From assembly GCF_020745735.1 (NCBI RefSeq), contig NC_083433.1, positions 21,649,363-21,713,362 of the forward strand: a DNA stretch of 64,000 nt, in the 5' to 3' direction. Below, one piece after another: positions 1 through 10,944 of this stretch; position 1 is the first letter of the stretch; the number at the start of each line of letters is the position of its first letter. The notes under the pieces were generated by a model. It searched no databases and was not told where the DNA came from. It worked only from the letters and a program-made list of their open reading frames with translations. The position numbers were made by a program, and so were the translations under genes. The DNA comes from Hemiscyllium ocellatum. Taxonomy: Eukaryota.

Positions 1-169
1 AATTGAACATATCCAATACAGCGTACTGAAACACCCAATGACAATAGCATGGGTGACATTGTTGAGTTCCAGGAGAGCCACACTCACAAACCTATTCAAC
101 TAAATCCAGCAGGAATCAGAGATACAATCTGCGCTGGCCAGTGGAGCCAATAACGCTGATGTAATAATC

Positions 170-172
170 ACA

Positions 173-211
<39 letters not shown>
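170..211 (+). repeat. (CA)n microsatellite
   Basis: Direct observation. Confidence 0.95.
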
Positions 212-213
<2 letters not shown>

Positions 214-567
214 TGTGAAAGGGATGGCTAGTTCTCTATGCATGGTATTAAGTTCTCTCCTTTCTACCAGCACTGCAGGATCAAGGTGCCAACAGTCTCA
301 GAGCGATAAGACACACACTACCTTTGCCAATGAGTCAAACCATATGGACCTCTGTCACTGGATGTTAAGTAGCATCTATGAAGAACATAAGGTTACCGAC
401 ATCTACAGAATCAACAAACAGTTTGCAAACTAACAGATCCTTCTCATACAAAAAGTGACATCAAACCAAACAAGGAGCCAGTAGGACAGCAGACAAAAAC
501 AAAATCAATAGTGTTTTGACAGAGTCTTAAAGATCAGTGGGAAAGACTAAAGTTTTGGAAAGGGAGT

Positions 568-645
568 CCCAGAGGTCAGCGATCCCAGAGGTCAGCGATC
601 CCAGAGGTCAGCGATCCCAGAGGTCAGCGATCCCAGAGGTCAGCG
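568..645 (+). repeat. 16-bp tandem repeat CCCAGAGGTCAGCGAT, about 4.9 copies
   Basis: Perfect copies. Confidence 0.95.
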
Positions 646-1344
646 GCTGAAGCAATGACAGAGTGATCAATCAGGCTACACCAGAGGCCAGAACTTCAGA
701 GGGGCACAGAGCCTGGAATGTCACAGGTCTGGAGAAGGTAGGGATGGAAGAGGGCATGGAAGGGTTTTGAATGTCTGCAAGTTTTTCTTTTAAGAAACAA
801 AATCAAGTTGCGGATGTAAAGTGAAAGCAAGTGCAAACACCAGGTGTAGCAAGACATAAAGGAAGAGATATTATGGATGGCCGATGATAAAACAGGCAGA
901 TACACCAAAGCAGTGCCAGAATTTAGCTTTTGTCCAATTCCTGGGTTGACCATTTGGACCATGGGCAGTTCATACCAATCCAGGATGGCAGAAGTGAATG
1001 GGCACTTGGAACAATCCAGTGCACGAATGGTTAGGCAGCTAAGTCCAGCTTCTGCTAAGCCCAGTCAAATTGACTAGGTAAATTAGTTTTAATTGACTAC
1101 AATTACAAAAAGATGCACAGTGCATTCTGAAAATGTCCAGCATTCAAACTCCTCCAGCTTTCAGACAGCTGATTGAGAGCACAATTAACTGTGCTGTGTT
1201 TTTTAAAAAAAACTCCACTTGTAGGCTGCAGGCACATGGCTGCATCAGGATTCATTACCCATCCCTAATGAAAAGATGGGTTAATGTCATGTTCGTGGAA
1301 ATTCTTTCTCAGACAAGAATATTAATACAATAAAATTAAACCAC

Positions 1345-2400
1345 ATGAGACTGAGGGTAGTGTACTTACAGGGATAGAGAACTGATGGGAAATGGTAAAT
1401 GTGGAAAAAATAGGTATCAATGGCGTATCACTGGGATCAGTGCTTGAATCTCAGCTATTCATTATATATTAATGAAATAGATGAGGAAACTACATGCAAC
1501 GTCTCCAATTGTGCAGATGACAAAGCTGTGACGAGGATGCAAAAATTTTTCAGTGTGACTGGAACAAGTTCATGGGGAAATGCATGGCAGATGACGTATG
1601 TTATAAATAAATGGGATGTCATCCACTTGGTAGCAAAAGTAGGAAGGCAAAATATCTGAATGTCAACAGCTTGGGAAAGGGAAAGATGCAATGAGACCTG
1701 GGTGCCCTTGTATACCAACTGGTGAAAGTAAACATGCAGGTGTAGCAGACAGTGCAGAAGCCAAATAGTACACTGGCCTTTATCGCAGGATGAAGTTCAG
1801 GAGTAGGAATATCTTGCAGTCACAGTTCTGCTAGGATGCGGTAGCTCCATTCTCGTGCAATCCTATGTAGGATTATGTAAAATTGCATAATAGCAGCACC
1901 ATTTAAGCTATTGGGGCTGAAATCACGTTATAACCAATAAGCACTTTAAAACTTTGTGCTTTATAAAGTGTTCCCAACTGTGTTATAACATGTTTGTGTT
2001 TACAAAATGACCTGAAATTACCTGTATTGCAACTGTACAGTGCCTTTGAGACTAGATTTGGAGTGCTGGAGAGAGTGTGCAACAAAGGTTAACCAGAGCG
2101 ATTACTGAGATGACAGCAATGTGTGAAAGAAAACTGGATCAGTCAGAATGATATTCACTGGAACGTAGAAGAATAGATACTGGAGATATCTCCAGTTAGA
2201 TGCTGGAAGGGCATTTGCAATGGTGGGGGAGACCAGAACCAGGGGTCATTCTTTAATGATAGAGGGTAAACCTTTTCACACTGAGATGAGGAGAAATTTC
2301 TTCACCCAGAGTGGGGAGAGTCTACGGAATTCTCTGTCACAGAAAGCAGTTGACGCCATATCATTAAATGTTTACAATTCCGAGTTAGATGTAATTATAG
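1345..2400 (+). mobile_element. Old degraded CR1 LINE fragment
   Basis: Remnant RT (LYINEIDE..SNCADD) and the CR1 3' motif RRNFFTQ. Confidence 0.7.
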
Positions 2401-3092
2401 AGTCAAAGAGATGTACAGCCCGGAAACAGCCACTTGCATTCAACTTGTCCATGCTGACCAGATATCCCAACCTAATCTAGTCCCGTTTGCCAGCACCTGG
2501 CCCATATCCCTCCAAATCCTTCCTATTCATATACACATCCAGTGGTGCATTTCCACCACTTCTTTTGGCAGCTCATTCCATACACGTGCTATCCTCTGCA
2601 TGAAAATGTTGCCCCTTTGGTCTCTTAAATCTTTCCCCTCTCACCCTAAACCTACACCTTCGAGTTCTGGACTCCCTGACCCCAGGGAAAAGACCTTGTC
2701 TATTTATCCTATCCATGCCTCTCGTAATTTTATAAACCTCTATAAGGTCACCCCTCAGCCTCCAATGCTCCAGGGAAAACAACGCCAGCCTGTTCAGTCT
2801 CTCCCTATAGCTCAAATCCTGCAACCCTGGCAACATCCTTGTCAATTTTTTCTGAACCCTTTCAAGTTCCTCAACATTCTTCCGATAGGAAGACCACAAT
2901 TGCACACAATATTCCAAAGTGGCCAAACCAAGGTCCTGTACAGCCACATGACCTCCCAACTCCTGTAATAAATACTCTGACCAATAAAGGAAAATATACC
3001 AAATGTCTTCTTCCCTATCCTATCTACCTGTGACTCTACTTTCAAGGAGCTATGAATCTGCAATCCAAGGTCTCTTAGTTCAGCAACACTCC
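2400..3092 (-). mobile_element. CR1/HER1-like LINE 3' fragment
   Basis: [35 protein letters not shown]. Confidence 0.9.
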
Positions 3093-3254
3093 TTTAATGA
3101 GTAGTTAAGAACTACTAATATCTGTGAATCCATATCACAACTAGAATCAATATTCTTAACATACGCTAAAATATATTCCCAAAAGATGGCATTACTCATT
3201 AAGAAAAATGTCATAGCTGCACTCAGATGACATTTGGACAACTTTTCTAGCAAG

Positions 3255-3384
3255 TCATGATTTGGAGATGCCGGTGTTGGACTGGGGAGTACAAAGTTAA
3301 AAATCACACAACACCAGGTTATAGTCCAACAGGTTTAATTGGAAGCACACTAGCTTTCGGAGTGATGCTCCTTCATCAGGTGTT
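3255..3384 (-). mobile_element. Family B module with an intact minimal hammerhead core
   Basis: Minus strand: ACAC-CTGATGA-A-GGAG catca CTCC-GAAA-GCTA-GTGT. Confidence 0.8.
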
Positions 3385-4107
3385 CTTCTCGCAAGGCCAT
3401 TATGGGAAGAACTCAGGACAAAAAAAGTGCAATTGCGATGATAGGGTTATACTACAGGCCTCTATATAATGTAGCAGCCAGCAGAGACAAAAAAAAACAG
3501 TAGTGGGTGCTTTCCTTAAGGCTGAAGGGATCAATGGGTAGGAGGAGAAAGTGGAAAAAGGTACGATGACCTTGCTGATCAGCCATGATCATACTGAATG
3601 GTGGAGCAGACTCACTGGTCAATAACCGGACACATTCTTATTCTCTGTTTCTATGTTTCCTACACCCAAACATTTTGTCTTTCACACACTTGACACAGAA
3701 TTCCAATATTTAAGTTTCTATTTTATACATCTTTGTGTACAGTTTAAACGTTTCCATTTATGCACACTAGGAAAGGTCTTTCAATCGGACACCACAGAAT
3801 TGTTTTTAGTGCTGACACTGAACAGAAAGAGGCTGTGATTCAGGAAGAACACGGACACTCTCCCTCTGTACCCACACTAGTTATTTTGACCTGATAATAG
3901 ACCAATAACAGCAGTAGCTGCACTTCTATTTGAGAAGTTATGAATTCCTAGCCAATCAGCATCCACTATCTCAAATGAAAGCAAGGTTGGTTTCCCCAGG
4001 TTTTAGGAAATGTCACAAACTGGTCACTACGGCTTGTGAGAATTTGCTGCGTACCAACTGACTCTGACAACCTTTAAGTACAATGGCCCATTTGATCGAG
4101 ATCCCAA

Positions 4108-4876
4108 TGAGTGGCAGATAGAACTGAATTGACATAAATGCGAGGTGCTGCATTTTGGAAAGACAAATCAGGGCAGGACTTTGACACTTAATGGTAAGAT
4201 TCTAGGGAGTGTTGCTGAACAAAGAGACCTTGGAGTGCAGGTTCACAGTTCCTTAAAAGTGGAGTTGCAGGTCGATAGGATAGTGGAGAAGATGTTTGGG
4301 ATGCTTTCCTTCATTGGTCAGAGTATTGAGTACAGAAGTTGGGAGGTCATATTGCGGCTGTACAGGACATTAGTTAGGCCACTATTGGAATACCATGTAC
4401 AATTCTCGTCTCCCTCCCTACTGGAAGGATGTTGTGAAACTTGAAAAGGTTCAGAAAAAATTTACAAGAATTTTTCCAGGGTTTGAGATCTAAGGAGAGG
4501 CTGAAAAGACTGGGACTGTTTTCCTTGGATGGCTGGAGGCTGACCTTATAGAGGTTTGTAAAAGCATGGATAGGGTAAATAGACAAAATCCTTCTCCTGA
4601 GTGGGGAGGTCCAGAACTAGATGGCATAGGTTTAAGTTGAGGGGAAAAATTTAAAAGGAGCAACTTTTTCCAGTGTGTGTGTGTGTGGACTGAGTTGCCA
4701 GAGAAAGTGGTGGAGGATGGTACAATTATAGCATTTGAAAGACATCTGGATGGGTATAATGAATAGGACAGGTTTAGAGGGATATGGGCCAAATGGGACT
4801 AGATTTATCTGGGATATCTAATCAACATGGGTGATTTGAACCAAAGGGTCTGTTTCCGTGTTGTACATTTCTATGA
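4108..4876 (+). mobile_element. CR1/HER1-like LINE 3' fragment
   Basis: LHFGKTN, EQRDLGVQVH, LYRTLVRPLLEY. Confidence 0.9.
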
Positions 4877-5570
4877 TGGCAGTTCAGAAAGCAGGTCATT
4901 GGTTGCGAATTATTATGGGATGGCCCAAGGTGCCACAGAAATCAACATTCCTTTTTAATCAATCCTCATTATACTGTGGGAGAGTATGCATAATGTCCTG
5001 AGTCACACCCTCAACTCAATACAGAAGCAGACAGACTCAGAATATTCATACTGTAAATAAATGACTAAATTCTTCGACTGTTAAACAGCTATTGTTAAAT
5101 ATGCCCCCTGGACTCTAACAAGCGGAAATACTTTCTCCATGTTTTGCCTTTTTGAACTCCAGTTTGAGGAACTTTTCAGGTCTTTCTCTTTGACAAGAAA
5201 AATCTCAAGTCTGTTCAACCTTTCCCAACAGCCACGTTCTCCTAATTCTGCAAACACAACTTTTCTGCATCTTCTCCAATGATTCCATGTTCTTTATTAG
5301 TACAAGTGCCAGAATTGCACCAGTACCCAACAGGTGGTCTAGCCTAGACTCCATGTAGATTTAATTTAATGCCCTGGCTTTTTTGCTGTCAGCAATTCGT
5401 CCAAAGTGGGACTCAATGGACTGCATCCAGGGTGTATGCCACTTCAAGAACAAACACGTGTGCAGAGTCCAAGTCGCAGGCAGCAGCCCCTTCCAAACTG
5501 ATACCGATGAACAGTCTTGGTCTGAAGTCGACTGATGTTATCTCTCCACCTCGGAGGCTCCCCGTCTCGT

Positions 5571-5700
5571 TTCTGATGAAGGGCTTTTGCCCGAAACGTC
5601 GATTTTCCTGCTCCTCAGATACTGCCTGAACTGCTGTGCTTTTACAGCACCACTCTAATCTGGACTCTAATCTCCAGCATCTGCAGTCCTCACTTTCGCC
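5571..5700 (+). mobile_element. Family A module with an intact minimal hammerhead core (5573-5600)
   Basis: CTGATGA-A-GGGC TTTT GCCC-GAAA-CGTC-GA followed by the conserved tail. Confidence 0.82.
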
Positions 5701-5985
5701 TTGCTTTTGCTGCAGTCAGCTCTCTCAAAACCCACAGCTTACAGCAACCCCATTCCGAAGAGTCACATTTGATGCAATGTTTCTCTTGTCACCAGTGATG
5801 CCAGGCTTGCTGAGCTTCTCGAGCATTTTGTTTTTAATGCAGATCGTCAACCACCAGCGTTTTGCTTTTACTCTCTTTTCCGCCATTTGGCCATTTCTTT
5901 TCTTCTTGTCATTGTCTCAGACATTTTCAGAAATTAACCCGAGTGCTTTGTCAAATACCATGAAATTTTTTTTAAAAAGTGATCT

Positions 5986-6295
5986 GGGCGGCACGGTGGC
6001 ACAGTGGTTAGCACTACTGCCTCACAGCGCCTGAGACCCGGGTTCAATTCCCGACTCAGGCGACTGACTGTGTGGAGTTTGCACGTTCTCCCCGTGTGTG
6101 CATGGGTTTCCTCCGGGTGCTCCGGTTTCCTCCCACAGTCCAAAGATGTGCGGGTCAGGTGAATTGGCCATGCTAAATTGCCCGTAGTGTTAGGTAAGGG
6201 GTAAATGTAGGGGTATAGGTGGGTTGCGCTTCGGCGGGTCGGTGTGGACTTGTTGGGCCGAAGGGCCTGTTTCCACACTAAGTAATCTAATCTAA
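5986..6295 (+). mobile_element. HE1-like V-SINE, full length
   Basis: tRNA-like A/B boxes, V domain GTGGAGTTTGCACGTTCTCCCCGTG, CR1-like tail ending (TAATC)n. Confidence 0.9.
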
Positions 6296-7292
6296 AAAAA
6301 CTAGAATACATTTCAGCAGGTAATAGAGAAGGCAAATGTAATCCCGGCCTTTACTTCAAAGTGAATGGAATACAAATAGGGAAACTTGCAAAACCTGTAC
6401 AAGGCACTTGTTCAATGACACCTAGAGTACTGTGAACTGTTTTCGTCCTTATCCAAGGAAATATACTGGCATTGAAAGGAGCCCAGAGGATGTGCACTAG
6501 GTTGATCCCAGGTAGGGAGAGGGGTTGAGCCTGTAATCATTGGCATTTAGAAGAATGCAAGGAAAGCTTACTGAAACACTAGAAGCAGCATGACACTAGA
6601 GAATAAGTGCAGGAGTAGGCCATTCAGCCCTTCGAGCCTGCACCATCATTCATTATGATCATGGCTGATCATCCACATCATGTGGTGATTGCAGCAAGTT
6701 TACTTCACTTTATGGAAGAATCCAGACCAAAGGATATAATCTCACAATACAGGGATCACTATCATTTACGACAAAGTGAGGAAATTTTCTCTGTCACAGT
6801 AGTGAATCTATGAAATTCTTTACCACAGAGAGCTGTCAAGGCTTAGTCATTAAGTATATTCAAGTCTGAGATACAGATTTTTAATCCGTAAAGGAATCAA
6901 GGGAATGGGAAAAAGGCAGGAAATTAGATTATCAGGTCAGCCATGATTGCACAATGGCAGGACAGAGCCGACGGGCCAAATGGCCAACTTCTGTTCCTAC
7001 ATCTTTAGACAGAGAATTACGCACTTTTGCCATATCAAAGTCTTGAAGCAGACAGTAATGACATTTTACTAGATATTTGATGCATATACAAGGGAGAACA
7101 GACAGAAATTTGCATGGGACATATATGCTGATCAAAGTACGAGGGAGGGTTTTACGTCAGTGGTACAGCATTCATGCAGAAGCTAGGATGGGCAGGGCTC
7201 GTAGCCAACTACGTATCATTCCAAGAACGGAGACCAGAACTCAGGCTCCAATCGATCAACATTAAAAACACAAACCTGAATTTACAAAGTAC

Positions 7293-7575
7293 CTTCCATG
7301 GAATAAAACATTGCAAGAGATTTGCACGTGCTAGATAGATTTCCACACTTAGCCACATAAGATGATGTTATGAGGCGATGATTATTATCCAAAAACCTGT
7401 TTAAGTCAGGTGGTCTCAAAGATCAGGTTTGAGAAGAGTATGGCAGGGAGATGAAGCAAGATGGCAAGAGCAGGCCTCCCTCACTACTCATGGCTGTTGG
7501 AACAAACTATGAGACTAACTTTCTGACAGATAGTTAGTGCATAGAAACAGCAATTATTTCACAGCAGTCAAACAT
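7293..7575 (-). other. Candidate second exon of the minus-strand gene (5'UTR with uORFs, ending ATG GAA G|gt)
   Basis: ttttctgtctag acceptor and AAG|gtactt donor around unique, non-repeat sequence; no recognisable homology. Confidence 0.25.
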
Positions 7576-8544
7576 CTAGACAGAAAATCTATTCACTAAT
7601 TTACACTAATGTCAAAATTTAAAACAAAGTATAAATAAGAGGCTGGTCAGGCTGAATAGTTGGTTTCTAAGTTCAAGATTGCAGGTATATTCTGCACATC
7701 TACTCTGTAACATTGTGATTCATACATTTGTACCCATACAATCAAACAATCAGGAAGTACACAGCCCACTCATGTTTGCTACATACAGAGCAATATTTAC
7801 TCCATCAGCACAATTTTCAAAATGTAATTATTTTATAATATTTCCACGGGTTTCACTGATGTTTGGGGAAGTGGTGTTGAAGGGTGCACTGGATGAGGAA
7901 TCCAGAAACACAGGCTCTAGGAACATGGATTCAAACCCCACCACGACAGTTGCTGGAATTCAAATTCTAATATTTATTTTTGTAACAAAATACAGGTGAC
8001 AATCATGGTGAATAATGTGCTGTGCCACCTTAAAACGCAGAAAAATAAACCGCAGAGCCCAAAGGCAGAAAAATAAAGAAGTGTTCAACTTTACAGTCCT
8101 TCTTAAAAATTCTGATATTCAAATCTATTCTCACAATAACAAAGGAAACTATCAATTGCTGTGAAAGCTTATCTGGCTCATTACGTTTTCTAGCGAAGAC
8201 AACAAGTCATTCTTACCTGATCAAACTACAAGTGACTCCAGACCCACAACAATGCAGATGTCCCTTAAATGCCCTCTGAAATGGCCTAACAAGCTGCTCA
8301 GTTCAAGAGGAGTTAGACATGGGCAACAAGTATTGGTCCTGGCCTTGTCAATGAAAATCCTGTCCCATGAAAAATAAACATTAAAGCTGTTTCTTTTGAA
8401 GTTAGATCAGGCTCTCCTGTAACACCTCCCATGATCACAACCATGACGTCCACATACAGGACATGATTACTTGGGCAGTATGCCAGTGGACTTAACTAAA
8501 TATTGGGGCAGGTACCAAGGTGTTTACAAAGGGCGTGCAGTCCG

Positions 8545-9260
8545 GCACCCCACCACATTCCCCCCACCCTTCCCCTCACTCCCTCAGCCATTGCCCTCAT
8601 CCTACAAACACAGCCCCTCCTACCCTCTCTGCTCCACTTCTCCTCATCCCCACCTCCTGAAATCCGCTTCCCTCCTCTCACCCTAACCCTCAACACAACT
8701 TCAAAGCCCTCCTCTCCCACCTCTTCCTCACCCACATCTGCTATTCTACTCCCTTGCCTCTCCTTCTCTTCATCCCACACCCTCAACTTGTCCTCATTGC
8801 CACGCTTTTATACCTACCCATTTCTCTCCTCCACGAACCCCCTCCCTGATCCCCCCCTGCCTCACCTACTCCCTGAGCCCCCCTCACCCTCAACCCCACC
8901 TCACCCCATACCTGACTCTTCCATTGCCCCTCCTTGAGCTCTCCATCACCTCCTCCCTGAGTGCTCCCGCACCAGATCCCTTGCTCTCCTTGACCCTCCC
9001 CACCCCTCACCGCCACCCTGCCCCCGACCCCCTCCCCCTCCTCCCCCACGACCCCCTCCCCCTCTTCCTCCTTCCTGACCCCCATCATCTCGCTCCTGCA
9101 GCCTACCCTTCCCACACCCACCCCCTGCCCCCTACTCCCTGAACCCCTCCTCCTTCTCGCGACCCTGTCCCTCACACCCTCCCCCTCCCGACCCCCACCA
9201 CCCCGCTGCTGCAGCCTCCCCTCCCCCACCCTCCCGCGGCAGCCACCGCCTCCCTCACAT
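8545..9260 (+). repeat. C-rich low-complexity tract (G-rich on the minus strand, start of intron 1)
   Basis: Very G-poor on the plus strand, runs of C. Confidence 0.85.
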
Positions 9261-9830
9261 CAGCGCCACCGACCCACACCCATCGCCAGGCGGCTGTTCC
9301 CATCTACTTGCTCCCCTACCCGCCACCGTCCCCGCTCGGCCGTGTCCCTCCCAGTCCCGATGCCCCCTGCCTCCATTGCTTCCCCCGCGACAGCTCCCGC
9401 TCACCGGCCGCTGCCGCCGTCTCCTCTTCAGACCGGAAACATGACACCGGATGTGCACGCCCATAGCGGATGATTGACAGTACTTCTGACCAATCGGCGC
9501 CCACCATGACCGTGTCCCCGCCTATCTCGGCTGCTATCCAATCATTGTGCAGATCATGATGACTGATGGCGTGACTATCCAATCATCATGGCAATCTCCA
9601 GCTTGATGGTGGGATTTCGCGCAATAGACGGGCAGATTTTGTTCGACTGACATCAGTATTATTCAATCACGGGCAGGGTAGTGCTAATTGACAGAACCTT
9701 AGACCAATAGAAAGGCAGTAACCGGCTAAGGGGCTGTTATAATCATCCAATAGCAATCCAGCATTTATTGACTTGACTGTCCCTCATGGGTGATTCAACG
9801 CGCCGCCTGCTGGCGTGGAGGAGGAGGTGC
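9200..9830 (-). promoter_or_regulatory. CpG-island promoter with CCAAT array, PBX/PKNOX decamer and CTCF-like site
   Basis: High CpG; TGATTGACAG at 9471-9480; CCAAT at 9490, 9538, 9579, 9704 and 9747; GCGCCGCCTGCTGGCG at 9800-9815. Confidence 0.75.
9405..9460 (-). other. Putative non-coding first exon of an unidentified divergent gene
   Basis: Within a CpG island; ETS-like CCGGAA/CCGGAT motifs near the start; strong donor CCG|gtgagc at 9404; downstream intron is G-rich on the minus strand. Confidence 0.65.
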
Positions 9831-10944
9831 AGGGAGGATGAGGCTTTCATACCTTTCTGTAATGGACTCCCAAGTATCTACTTGAAGACATGAAAGGGAT
9901 GGATTAGGATTAACAGTAAAAAATTCCCCTAGACAGAATAATAACCGTAATCCTCCCTCTCCTCACGTTACAGCCGCCCTGCCATAAAGGCTTTCACTGT
10001 TTACTTCAGGAATTTTACCATGGAAGCTTGACTCTCTATAAGTGTGGAGTTGATTGTCCCCAGGGCACAGGCAATTGACCCTCAGAGAATAAGCAACCAA
10101 CTACATCTGGTTATTATTGAGGGACTGTACTGTGTAGGAGCAAAATGAGGCCATTCTGCCCATCAAGACTGAACTGATAATCCACTTTCTTGTCCCCATT
10201 TCTCCACAACCTTGATTAACGATTAGAGATCTGTCTGTCTCAGCCTTGAATGTATTCATTGCTTCAGCTTCAACAGCCCTCTGTGATAAAGCATTGAAGG
10301 GCAATGCAGTGACTCAACAATTTTGGTTGCAGGCATGGCCAGGTATCGGTTGTGATACTACCTTCTGTTGGTTGCCACCACTTTTTGTTTTGCACTTGCA
10401 TTACGCATCACACACACTTAGAAAAGGGAACAGAAGTCTCCCAAATACCAAAGCAGAAAATGCCGGAAAAAGTCAGGAGGCCTGGCTGCAATGGTTCTGA
10501 TGAAGACTGAACCTAGAACTGAAACATTAGCTCTGTATCTCTTCTCTTCATGTGCAGCCACACCCGCTGAGTTTCTCCAACACTTGTTTTATTTCAGATC
10601 TCCATATCCTTAGGTTTCGTTTTAGAGGCTCCCAGAGCCCATATCCCACCAGAAAGCAGTGCCTTAATTTAAGGCAGAATGTGAGTATGGCACCTCAAAA
10701 CTACCAGTTGAAAGCACAGACTTTTACTTTAACAGAGCATTTGGAAAACGGGTTTCCACAAATCTAACAGAATGATACAAATCCTTTGCCATGAGGGAAT
10801 TTGAATTCAAGAGTGGGTTATTCTTCAATTATGCGGGGCATTGGTAAGAGCACATCTGGGATACTGTGCAAAGCATTATGGTCCCAGCTGACATGATTGA
10901 ATTTATAATTGTCACATACCCAGTACAGTAAAAAATTTTGCTTT

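Noticed and set aside
5986-6060. tRNA-like sequences
   Set aside because: SINE heads fused to V domains, not complete tRNA genes
8471-9229. Pro-rich and Gly/Glu-rich ORFs of 70-150 aa
   Set aside because: Artefacts of C-rich low-complexity DNA that lacks stop codons
9405-9460. Naming the minus-strand gene XRCC6
   Set aside because: Supported only by mammalian synteny; no Ku70 coding sequence recognised in the window
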